64,000 nt of DNA, from the NCBI GenBank assembly GCA_965240465.1, contig OZ251219.1, positions 640,001-704,000 of the forward strand, given 5' to 3'. Under the pieces are notes generated by a model, which had not been told where the DNA came from, searched no databases, and saw only the letters and a program-made list of their open reading frames with translations. The DNA comes from a bacterium (lineage in GTDB: Bacteria; SAR324; JACQKK01). A program made the position numbers and the translations under genes. Shown here in pieces: positions 19,585-28,086 of this stretch (the stretch's first letter is position 1; each line of letters starts with the position of its first letter).

Positions 19585-19998
19585 CTAATTTTGAGGGTTA
19601 GCAGCTTGTTCTTTTGGTTCGGATGTGCGGGTGGTATTGCTTCTTTCTCCAGTATATTTTTTTACATAGGGTGCTGAACTCGGGGTTTCTCGCGATTGGT
19701 ATCTGGGGGTGCTGGTTGGGGTTATTTGAGGTACATAACCATCAGAGAATGAGAGCAAGGCAAGATGTCTGGCTCTTTTGATAGCAAGTTTCAGTTTTCT
19801 TTGGGTACAAGCATCGGTTCCAGTTATTCGGCGGGGCATAATGCGTCCATTATCGGTCACGTAATCCTTCAAGATTTCGGCATCTTTGAAAGGGATGCTC
19901 TCCATTCTATTAAGGGGAGAGGCCTTACGTTTCATAAAGAATAAACGACTACCGGGGCGTCTTTTTTTATTGCTAGGGATTCTTTTTCTATGGAACAT
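19585..19998 (-). CDS. rpsR: 30S ribosomal protein S18 (no N-terminal CxxC) with C-terminal extension
   Basis: FKD...L..YVT.NGRIMPRRITGT...QRKL..AIKRARHLALL. Confidence 0.93.
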   Translation of the reverse strand: MFHRKRIPSNKKRRPGSRLFFMKRKASPLNRMESIPFKDAEILKDYVTDNGRIMPRRITGTDACTQRKLKLAIKRARHLALLSFSDGYVPQITPTSTPRYQSRETPSSAPYVKKYTGERSNTTRTSEPKEQAANPQN

Positions 19999-20045
19999 GT
20001 TTATTTTATAGGTTTCTTTTACAGGGGGGAGGTGTTTTCCATCAA

Positions 20046-20630
20046 TTAGGGAGTTAGTTCTTGTTCTTTTTGGGCTTTTTCTTGGCTTTGTTTCATTTCT
20101 TCAAAGGCTGCCAATTCTGCCTTATAGTCTTCCACCCTGATGGAAAGCCAGCGAAAAACCTTTTCTTCAATGCAGAATTGTTTTTCTAGTGCATGCAGGG
20201 CCAAGGGATGAAGACTGAGATATAAGATATAATAGTGTCCGTAGGTCTGCTTTTTGATGGGATAGGCTAATTTTCTTTTTCCCCAACGGGTTTGATGTGT
20301 TAATTTTCCCCCTTGTTCTTCAAATAATTTCTTAAATTTTTGCAAGAGATTGTCTTGGGCATCATCATTTAGATCGGGGTGCAAAATTAAGGTGCACTCG
20401 TATCCCCCGCTGGATGATGTCGGGGAGGCTTTTTTGCGGCTGGTACTATTGTCGGGAGGTTTTTTGGGAGAGGTTTTTGTCGTAGCAGGGGCAGTGCTAG
20501 CAGGGGCAGGCGTAGCAGGGGCAGTGCCAGCAGGGGTAGGCGTAGCGGGTGCAGGCGTAGCAGTAGTATTTTCAGAGGGTCTAGGGTTCATGGTTGCCGA
20601 TTGGGAAACATCAGGAGAGGAATTTACCAT
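20046..20630 (-). CDS. rpsF: 30S ribosomal protein S6 with about 75-aa Pro/Thr/Ala-rich N-terminal extension
   Basis: YECTLILHPDL, WGKRKLAYPIKK...G.Y; no Met near the core, so the extension is probably translated. Confidence 0.92.
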   Translation of the reverse strand: MVNSSPDVSQSATMNPRPSENTTATPAPATPTPAGTAPATPAPASTAPATTKTSPKKPPDNSTSRKKASPTSSSGGYECTLILHPDLNDDAQDNLLQKFKKLFEEQGGKLTHQTRWGKRKLAYPIKKQTYGHYYILYLSLHPLALHALEKQFCIEEKVFRWLSIRVEDYKAELAAFEEMKQSQEKAQKEQELTP

Positions 20631-20711
20631 ACAGGGTTTCTACTATGGCTTAATGAGGAGTTCCTTGCCAAGCATTTTTAGCATATTTGCCTAAAAAGAC
20701 CAAAGATTTTG

Positions 20712-21287
20712 TTAGGTAGCTGCTTGTTGTTCGGGAATGGTGAAGGTTGTAGCTATAAGGGGGTTATCGGGGTTCCACTCTGCTCTCGATTGAGCGGCGA
20801 ACATTATTACCTGTTCCAGTTGATCAGCCTCAGTATCCGATGGCTTTGACAACACATATTTGGTGATTTCGGTCTTGCGTTCAGGGCATCCAATTCCTAG
20901 TCGTAAGCGAGCAAAATTAGTGGTCCCCAAGCTTCTTTCAATTGATGCTAACCCCTTGTGTCCTCCGCTAGAACCAGACAATCGCAACCGTAGCTGCCCT
21001 ATCGGCAAGGCTAAGTCATCCGTGATGATCAACAGATCGGCAGGATCCAATTTGTAAAAGTGAAGCAACTCGGCAACCGATTCTCCACTTAGGTTCATAA
21101 AGGTTTGCGGTTTAGCCAAGATGACTGGCGGAGTGGGAACTTTAGTCAACAATGCCTTTTGTTGTCGCTTCCAAGCGGGAGCAGAAATTTTTTCTGCCAA
21201 GGTATCAAGCACCTGAAAACCCAAATTGTGACGGGTGAGAGTATATTTATCCCCCGGATTTCCTAGACCGACAATTAACATGATCAA
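20712..21287 (-). CDS. pth: Peptidyl-tRNA hydrolase
   Basis: LIVGLGNPG..Y..TRHNLGF, KPQTFMNLSGESV, GSSGGHKGL, RLRLGIG. Confidence 0.95.
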   Translation of the reverse strand: MIMLIVGLGNPGDKYTLTRHNLGFQVLDTLAEKISAPAWKRQQKALLTKVPTPPVILAKPQTFMNLSGESVAELLHFYKLDPADLLIITDDLALPIGQLRLRLSGSSGGHKGLASIERSLGTTNFARLRLGIGCPERKTEITKYVLSKPSDTEADQLEQVIMFAAQSRAEWNPDNPLIATTFTIPEQQAAT

Positions 21288-21419
21288 CCTTCATGATGGC
21301 ATTACGATGGTTTCTATGGTGGCATTCATGAATAGCAAGGCTACCAGACGATGTTATTAGAATAACAAGGCTGTTAACCCAGCAGGACGCGATAACAGAT
21401 TATGATAACATAGCAACAG

Positions 21420-22073
21420 TTATTTGTCACCCTCAGGCTTTGCTTCTGAATCTTCGGACTCAGGACTTTCTTCTTCGGTGGCAGCTTCTTCTTCTAGATC
21501 GGTCATTTTGCGCGGGGATTGTAGTACCATCACGGTATCTTCCTTATCATTGACCGCCTCCACTCCCTCTGGTAATTGCATATCGGATACATGGATGCTG
21601 TCCCCAATGTTGAGAGGGCTGATGTCTATTTCAATCTGTTGGGGAATGTTGCCCGGTAGGCATTCCAAAAGCACCTCATGCATCACGGTTTGTAGTAAGC
21701 CACCATGCACTTCACCAGCAGCCTTGCCCACCGATCGAACCTCCACCAACACTTTCACCTTGATAGACAAATCAACCTGATAAAAATCAACATGCACCAA
21801 ATTATTACCCAAGGGTGAAGTGTGCACCTGACGCACCAATACTTGATATTTTTCCTGCTCAGTTCCTTCAACCTTCAGGGATATCAACCTCTCACTGCCG
21901 TGAATGGCCTGAAACACCTGCTCTGCTTGGCGAGTATCCAATTCTAAACTGATGGGAGGCTCGTTCTTACCATACAAAATCGCTGGCAAACGACCCGCTC
22001 GCCTCAATCTGCGACAGGCAGATGAACCATGCAGGGTGCGAACCGTGGCTGCTAAAGTTTTCGCGATCTCCAT
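21420..22073 (-). CDS. rplY: 50S ribosomal protein L25 / Ctc (long form)
   Basis: RRLRRAGRLPAILYG, HVDFY, GGLL, CLPGNIP..IEIDIS.L.IGDSIHV.D. Confidence 0.95.
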   Translation of the reverse strand: MEIAKTLAATVRTLHGSSACRRLRRAGRLPAILYGKNEPPISLELDTRQAEQVFQAIHGSERLISLKVEGTEQEKYQVLVRQVHTSPLGNNLVHVDFYQVDLSIKVKVLVEVRSVGKAAGEVHGGLLQTVMHEVLLECLPGNIPQQIEIDISPLNIGDSIHVSDMQLPEGVEAVNDKEDTVMVLQSPRKMTDLEEEAATEEESPESEDSEAKPEGDK

Positions 22074-22075
22074 GT

Positions 22076-22158
22076 TCTCGGTTTGCTGCTCTCGGTTTGC
22101 TGCTCTCGGTTTGCTGTGCTTGGCTTGCTGTGCTTGGCTTGCTGCTCTTGGTTTGCTA
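22076..22158. repeat. About 5.5 x 14 bp array (TTGCTGCTCTCGGT / TTGCTGTGCTTGGC) directly upstream of the rplY start
   Basis: Read directly. Confidence 0.85.
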
Positions 22159-22395
22159 TATTCTTGACTGCTTTATGGCTCGGTTTCTACTAGGTACGTT
22201 GAACTCTAACAGAAAAAATACCCCATGGGAGATATTTTCCATCTCCATTGAGTACTTTGGTACTATGCGAGCTAGATACTGCTAGAACACTAACGTAATT
22301 GGTGCTTATAGTTAACGATTTATAATGCTCTTCCCAAGTAGTGCTAATTCTAAAGGCATATGATATACTTATTTAAGGCGATATTGAGATGAATA

Positions 22396-23073
22396 ATGAA
22401 GCAAGCAAAGATATTGATAGTAGATGATGAACAGGACAATCTAGAACTCATCAAGGATATTTTTGTTTCGGAATACGATGTTCGCGTTGCTAGCAATGGA
22501 GAGAAGGCGATAGAGATAGCCTTAGAATGGCATCCAGATCTGATCTTGTTGGATGTAGTAATGCCTAATTTGGATGGTTTTCAGGTGTGTTTGAAGTTGA
22601 GGCAGAAATCGGCGATGAGGGGTGTTCCGATTATTTTTTTAACGAACAAGAATGATCCTGCTTCAGAGAGTTTTGGCTTGGAGTTGGGAGCAGAGGATTT
22701 TATTACCAAGCCTTTTGATAAGGAGGTATTGAAGAGTCGGGTTAAAAAGCGGATAGGAATTTTATTCCCGAAGACCTATATTGAGAATACGGAGATTGGA
22801 GATTGTGTTGTCCTGTGGGACAGGCAGGAGGTTCAATTGCCCGACAAGGAACAGCTCCCGCTAACTTCTAAGGAAGCTGCCTTGCTGAGGATGCTGGTGG
22901 ATAACAATGCTAGGGTGCTGACGCGGGAAAAGATTTTGGAAGAGCTCTGGGACGATACTTATATCACCGACCGCACCATAGATACCCATGTGAAAGATTT
23001 ACGCAAGAAAATTCCTCCCTTAGCCAAATTGCTAAAAACCATTTACGGAGCTGGATATCGGCTTGATTTATGA
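22396..23073 (+). CDS. OmpR/PhoB-family response regulator
   Basis: ILIVDDE, PDLILLDVVMP..DG, GAEDFITKPF, LT.KE..LL, RTIDTHVKDLRKKI, TIYGAGY. Confidence 0.93.
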   Translation: MKQAKILIVDDEQDNLELIKDIFVSEYDVRVASNGEKAIEIALEWHPDLILLDVVMPNLDGFQVCLKLRQKSAMRGVPIIFLTNKNDPASESFGLELGAEDFITKPFDKEVLKSRVKKRIGILFPKTYIENTEIGDCVVLWDRQEVQLPDKEQLPLTSKEAALLRMLVDNNARVLTREKILEELWDDTYITDRTIDTHVKDLRKKIPPLAKLLKTIYGAGYRLDL

Positions 23074-23148
23074 GTCTGTTTTTTTGCAGTGAGAAAGTAG
23101 TGCTTAACAACGGCATTCTTCATAGAATAAGAAAAGATATAAGCAGTA

Positions 23149-23412
23149 CTATTGTAGATGAGATATGTAGGTTCTTAAGTTTTTTTCCTTAAAGGCTTCT
23201 ACTTTGCATACAATTAATCTGTATTTACAATCAAAACCTTCAAATACTTTATTTGAAATATCTGCTAAGGAAAGCTTACTTTCAAAAAACAAAGTAGTAG
23301 TTAAAATATCATAGATTTCGGTCTTTAGCGTACTTTCCAAGTTTTCTCTTATTTTTTTGTGGTCTTCTGTTTCCCTTTCTCCTAAATCAAAGGAAATTAG
23401 GTAGTTTTCCAT
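23149..23412 (-). CDS. Small AT-rich protein with Cas2/VapD-like N-terminal motif
   Basis: MENYLISFDL...; 87 aa; much lower GC than flanking genes. Confidence 0.5.
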   Translation of the reverse strand: MENYLISFDLGERETEDHKKIRENLESTLKTEIYDILTTTLFFESKLSLADISNKVFEGFDCKYRLIVCKVEAFKEKNLRTYISHLQ

Positions 23413-23457
23413 AATTATACACCGTAAAAAGGTTGTTTAAGATACCAATAATTTCCG

Positions 23458-23485
23458 AAAAAAACTGCTTATAATCAGTTTTTTT
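23458..23485. promoter_or_regulatory. Perfect 10-bp inverted repeat AAAAAAACTG-N8-CAGTTTTTTT (operator or weak terminator)
   Basis: Read directly; between the kinase-like stop and the small ORF start. Confidence 0.4.
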
Positions 23486-23535
23486 AGATAAGTGCGTTCT
23501 ATCAAAAAAGACTACCTGTGGTCAATGGTGTGTGT

Positions 23536-24648
23536 TCAGGGCGAGATGCTCTCAGCCATTAGTTCCAATAAGGAAAAGGGGGTGAGAGATTGGAAGTCCA
23601 GCAGCCAAGGTCCGTGAATGGGGGGTGGTTTAATCCAATTTGGCAGGGATGAGGGGGGGGGTGGATGAAGGGCATCAAGTAAGAGAGAAGCGGGCGGTTG
23701 ATGTGGCTGGGTGGATAGCTGTTTGAATCCTGCTGCCATTAGACAATGGGCGGCTATTTTGGCTCTTTGGGGGTCGGAGCTGAGGATTGCACAGGGGAGT
23801 TTTTGCCAGGGTTTTAATTTTTCAATGCTTTGTTGCCATTTATTTTTGGGGGCTGCAAAGGGCATCCAGAGTTGTAGGACTATGCTGGGATTGGAAGGTG
23901 CAGGGGTGGAAGGTGCAGGGGTGGAAGGTGCAGGGGTGGAAGGTGCAGGGGTGGAAGGTGCAGGGGTGGAAGGTGCAGGGATAGAATGGCTGATGGTGCC
24001 GTGCTGTAGATTAAATAGCTGGTGAGCCAGCAGGAATTGAAGGGTTCGGCTATTTTTTGGAGGGGAAGGGTCTAGGGGAAAGGTGAGGGGCAGGGTGAGG
24101 GATTGAGGCTGAAAATAGGGACCCTGGGCTTCAATTTCCCAGCTGAGACCCAGCGAATTTTTAAAATGTGTTTTGAGAAGAAACTTTAATTTTGTAGCAC
24201 CATTGGCAAATAAACTGGAGATCAGTTGTTCCAGAGCAATGGTTATCAGCTGGGGATCTCCCCAGCAGGATAGGGTTTCTGGCAATTGGCTGGAGATGGG
24301 ATAATCATTTTTTTTAAGAGCGTGTTTCAAGGGCTCAGCGGGGTTGAAAAATCCCCATTCTGGGGTAAGAGATTGCTCAGCTGCCAAACAGCTATACATC
24401 AGGGTATCACTGATAAGTAGTCCCTTGGCGGTCTGATGGCGAATACGTGCGGCTTGCTCCTTAATTTTCAGGGGAGCATCCTCTAGCAGCTGGGAAATTA
24501 AATCTATGGTGGATAGCGAGGAACGTAAATCATGACTGCAAACCTCCCGAATGGCTTTTAGCAGCTGGTCGGGCTGGTAGATGAACCTTAAATAAGGAGA
24601 AGGAAGAGGGGGAGGGGCATTCCATAGTTCCATAATAGGATGCTCCAA
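23536..24648 (-). CDS. Degenerate histidine-kinase-like protein
   Basis: H-box-like SHDLRSSLSTI and GDPQLI..ALEQLI; N/G boxes eroded; internal (PAPST)6. Confidence 0.55.
   Translation of the reverse strand: MEHPIMELWNAPPPLPSPYLRFIYQPDQLLKAIREVCSHDLRSSLSTIDLISQLLEDAPLKIKEQAARIRHQTAKGLLISDTLMYSCLAAEQSLTPEWGFFNPAEPLKHALKKNDYPISSQLPETLSCWGDPQLITIALEQLISSLFANGATKLKFLLKTHFKNSLGLSWEIEAQGPYFQPQSLTLPLTFPLDPSPPKNSRTLQFLLAHQLFNLQHGTISHSIPAPSTPAPSTPAPSTPAPSTPAPSTPAPSNPSIVLQLWMPFAAPKNKWQQSIEKLKPWQKLPCAILSSDPQRAKIAAHCLMAAGFKQLSTQPHQPPASLLLDALHPPPPSSLPNWIKPPPIHGPWLLDFQSLTPFSLLELMAESISP
23892..23980. repeat. 6 x 15 bp in-frame repeat encoding (PAPST)n
   Basis: TGGAAGGTGCAGGGG units read directly. Confidence 0.95.
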
Positions 24649-24782
24649 GGTGAAGATAGCAGGATGGTCTGATATAAAGAAGGTGAATATGTGATTGTAT
24701 CAAAATTAATGGAGATTGGCATTGCTATCTGCAGGATGGCTATGTACCCTCGCAAGAAAGATGCAAAACTAATTTAATAGAT

Positions 24783-24875
24783 GCAGTATCCTCGCAGTGC
24801 CTCGCAGTATCCTCTCCTCGCAGTATCCTCTCCTCGCAGTATCCTCTCCTCGCAGTATCCTCCTCCCGCAGTGCC
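24783..24875. repeat. Tandem array with 16-bp core unit CCTCGCAGTATCCTCT upstream of the CPBP gene
   Basis: Read directly; shorter variant units at the edges. Confidence 0.85.
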
Positions 24876-24888
24876 TTTCCCCCTTTGT

Positions 24889-25857
24889 ATGCACCATCCG
24901 AGATCATGGCTTCCAGCCGTTTGGAGTAAAATACTGAGAGGCTTTTGGTATGCTCTGGTGATGGTGTTTGCCTATCAGCCTTTTGTGGCTCATGCCTTAG
25001 GACCGAATACCTCTGCCCTAAGTAGTTTGCTGTTCCCTGGTTTGGGCCAATTGATCAATGAGGACTATGCCTCTGGTGGCTGGCAAATGGGGGCATACTG
25101 GGCACTTAATAGCCGCATTCTCAGCTTGAAAAAACGTCCAGATTACCTTGAAGATACTCTGATTAAATCCAGCAATGAAAAACGCATCAATCATACCACC
25201 TTGGAGGCCGAAACCTTAAGTGTACTGCAATTTAACGGGCTAGCTTTTTATTCTGGATATGATGCCTATCGTTCGGCCCGAGCTTTGCCAGAATATCGCC
25301 TAAAGTACAGCCGAACACCCATTCCCAAAGATACCCTGCTAGATTTATCTTTAGCTCCTTTTAGATGGAGAAATTTCACTGATTTGACGGTATTAGTGCC
25401 ACTAGCCTTAGCAGCTAATGCGGCCCTGGGAGATCCTATTGAAAACACCGAAGACCCTAGCAAGAATGACTTTGTCTATCGGCGAGAAGGGGGCTTGAGC
25501 CGTGATACTCTGAGGGCACATCATTTTGTTTCATTTCAGGTGGTGGGCATGGGAGAAGAAGCCTTTTTTCGGGGTTATCTAAACACTGAATTTGTGGAAA
25601 GATTTGGTCCTGTATGGGGAGTAGCTATGTCTTCTTTAACTTTTGGGTCATTACATTCTGGTTCAGGTGGTTCAGCCAATCAAGTATTAGCCTCCTTGTT
25701 TGGGGTTTATACTGGATGGATGCATCTAAGAAATGATTATAGCTTGCAACAAGTAGTAGCCTTGCATTCGTGGTGGGATGTGCTGATCAGCTACCGAGCC
25801 AGCAAGGACCGTAAATCTTTACAGATTCCCATTTTTACCGTTGCTAATAAGTTTTAA
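24889..25857 (+). CDS. CPBP/Abi-family intramembrane metalloprotease
   Basis: GEEAFFRG, SSLTFGSLH, ALHSWWD; start placed after the repeat array (24781 also possible). Confidence 0.85.
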   Translation: MHHPRSWLPAVWSKILRGFWYALVMVFAYQPFVAHALGPNTSALSSLLFPGLGQLINEDYASGGWQMGAYWALNSRILSLKKRPDYLEDTLIKSSNEKRINHTTLEAETLSVLQFNGLAFYSGYDAYRSARALPEYRLKYSRTPIPKDTLLDLSLAPFRWRNFTDLTVLVPLALAANAALGDPIENTEDPSKNDFVYRREGGLSRDTLRAHHFVSFQVVGMGEEAFFRGYLNTEFVERFGPVWGVAMSSLTFGSLHSGSGGSANQVLASLFGVYTGWMHLRNDYSLQQVVALHSWWDVLISYRASKDRKSLQIPIFTVANKF

Positions 25858-25947
25858 CGGGCATGGTTCGTACATTGCGATGGGATAACAGGAGGACAGG
25901 AGGGCAAGGACAGGAGGGCAAGATGATAGCAGGCAGGCAGCCAGCGA

Positions 25948-26589
25948 TTACAAGCTTCCCAGGGCAGCTTGAAAGTTCAACAGAGCTTGGGCGGGATTTG
26001 GGGCTTCCCAAATGGCAGAGATAACTGCTACCCCAGCAGCACCCGCGTGCAGACAGCTGAGGGCGTTTTCGGGAGTAATTCCTCCTAGGGCTATCACTGG
26101 TAGGGGAGATTTTTTGCAGAGCTCTGCCAGTTGTTTTAGTCCTAGACCCGACTGATTTGGTTTGGATGGAGTAGGAAAGATGGGTGCTAGCAAGGTGAAG
26201 GTTGCTCCCCAGTGGGCAGCTTGGGTGAGGCCGCGGGCAGAATGTGCAGCACAAGACCAACCTGAGAGCTGCTTCAACTGGGCAATCAATTTCACAGAGG
26301 GAGGCAAAAATCTTTCTGGCAAATGGAGGGCTAGCTCTAGTTGCAGAGCTATGGCTATGCTACCGTTCACCCACCAGCTTAAGGAATAAGGAGCAATCAA
26401 ATTTTTCCATTGAGCTACACAGTCCAACAATTCCACTTGGCTTAAGTCGGGTTCTCTAAGCTGTATTGCCTTCAGACCCCGAGCTACTAATTGAGGCAAA
26501 CAAGCGGAAACCAAGGAACGGCTTTTAATACCGCCTGTCAGTAAGAGAAAGCGAAAACCTAGGCTCTGCTGGGATGGAGTGATAACCAA
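25948..26589 (-). CDS. thiE: Thiamine phosphate synthase / TenI-like protein
   Basis: IQLRE.DL, LHLP, AAHS, APIFPTPSKP, PVIALGGIT.EN, GAAGVAVISAI. Confidence 0.75.
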   Translation of the reverse strand: MVITPSQQSLGFRFLLLTGGIKSRSLVSACLPQLVARGLKAIQLREPDLSQVELLDCVAQWKNLIAPYSLSWWVNGSIAIALQLELALHLPERFLPPSVKLIAQLKQLSGWSCAAHSARGLTQAAHWGATFTLLAPIFPTPSKPNQSGLGLKQLAELCKKSPLPVIALGGITPENALSCLHAGAAGVAVISAIWEAPNPAQALLNFQAALGSL

Positions 26590-26655
26590 TGTGGAATTTA
26601 CCTAGGCTTGATAAGGTCTGGGGTTGATAAGGTCTGGGGTTGAATGAGCTGAGGG

Positions 26656-28086
26656 TTATCCAAATGTTTCTAATTGCTGAGTAATGAAATCCAATAAAGC
26701 TGAGGGAAACAGTCCGAGATAGATTATTCCGCTGAGGCAGATGGTAATTACCAGATAAAGAGGCCAATGGAAGGGTAGGCTAGGGGTTTCTGGCGAGGAG
26801 GATTCAGAGTACATAACCACCACGATACGGAGGTAGTAATAGAGAGAGAGTACGCTATTGAGTACTCCGATGATGGTGAGCCAGATCCATCCTTGTTGAA
26901 GGACTGATTTAAATATTTGGAATTTACCGATAAATCCTGCGGTGAGGGGGATTCCAGCTAAGGAGAGCATCATGATGAAGAGTGACAGGGCGAGGAAGGG
27001 TTTTTGATATCCGAAGCCTTGGTAGTCGGAGAAGGAGAGTTTTTCTGATTGGGTTGTAGAAGCGAGAATGATTACTGCGAACACGCCAGTATTCATGAGG
27101 GTATAGACGATGCTGTAGAAGAGGATAGCACTCAGAGCAGGGGCGGAAGAGACAGCTAGGGCAGCGGTGAGGTATCCAGCGTGAGCGATGGAGGAGTAGG
27201 CGAGCATTCGTTTGAGGTTTTGCTGTTTGAGAGCCATCAAGTTTCCGCTGGTCATGGTGAGGGCAGCTATTCCCCAGAGGATGAGGCTCCAGCTGGGCTG
27301 TAGGAGGGGTAGGGCTTCTAGGAGCAGGCGAGTGAGAGTTGCAAATCCAGCGGCCTTTGTGCCTGCGGACAGAAAGGCAGTGATGCTAGTAGGGGCTCCT
27401 TCATAGACGTCGGGGGTCCACATATGGAAGGGTACTAGTGAGATTTTGAAGGCGAAGCCGATCAGGAGCAAGATCATACCCAAGTTCAGGAGGGAGCTAG
27501 GGGGGGTGATTGCAATATCCTCCAGTTGTAGACTACCGCTGGCACCGTAGAGCATGGTAGCTCCGTAGAGCCAAATGGCACTGGCGAAGGCTCCCAGCAG
27601 GAAGTATTTCATGGCGGACTCGTTAGAACGAGGCTGGGAGGTGTCTAATCCACAAAGTATGTAACTGCAAATGGAGAGGATTTCCAGACCGATAAACATC
27701 AGCAACAAATCCCTGCTAGAGACCATGAGCATCATTCCGCTAATGGCAAACATCACTAGGGCATAGTATTCGCCAAGGGGCAGCTTCTGGTTGGCTAAAT
27801 TCTTTACCGATAGCAGCACCGTAAATGCTCCTACTGACAAAAATACCAATTCAAACACGGTGGAGAATCCATCTCCCACAATGCTGCCTTGAAAACCACT
27901 TATGGGCTGAAATAACTGCTGACAAAGGGCATAACTAGCTAATAGCAATCCAAACAAAGAAACTCCTGCCATGGTTCTCATTTTGATACGCGGAAAAAGC
28001 AAATCTAGTCCGATCAGTACCAATCCCGTTGCTGCTACCAGTATTTCTGGTAGCACGGACAAAATGTCTATCAGGGTAACGTTCAT
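26656..28086 (-). CDS. nuoN: NADH-quinone oxidoreductase subunit N
   Basis: ESAMKYFLLGAFAS, FKISLVPFHMWTPDVYEGAPT, KRMLAYSSIAHAGY, SLAGIPLTAGFIGK. Confidence 0.95.
   Translation of the reverse strand: MNVTLIDILSVLPEILVAATGLVLIGLDLLFPRIKMRTMAGVSLFGLLLASYALCQQLFQPISGFQGSIVGDGFSTVFELVFLSVGAFTVLLSVKNLANQKLPLGEYYALVMFAISGMMLMVSSRDLLLMFIGLEILSICSYILCGLDTSQPRSNESAMKYFLLGAFASAIWLYGATMLYGASGSLQLEDIAITPPSSLLNLGMILLLIGFAFKISLVPFHMWTPDVYEGAPTSITAFLSAGTKAAGFATLTRLLLEALPLLQPSWSLILWGIAALTMTSGNLMALKQQNLKRMLAYSSIAHAGYLTAALAVSSAPALSAILFYSIVYTLMNTGVFAVIILASTTQSEKLSFSDYQGFGYQKPFLALSLFIMMLSLAGIPLTAGFIGKFQIFKSVLQQGWIWLTIIGVLNSVLSLYYYLRIVVVMYSESSSPETPSLPFHWPLYLVITICLSGIIYLGLFPSALLDFITQQLETFG

Noticed and set aside
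23074-23148. Integron attC site after the small AT-rich gene (GTTAAGC on the minus strand)
   Set aside because: No matching RYYYAAC inverse core or convincing L-box palindrome; no integrase
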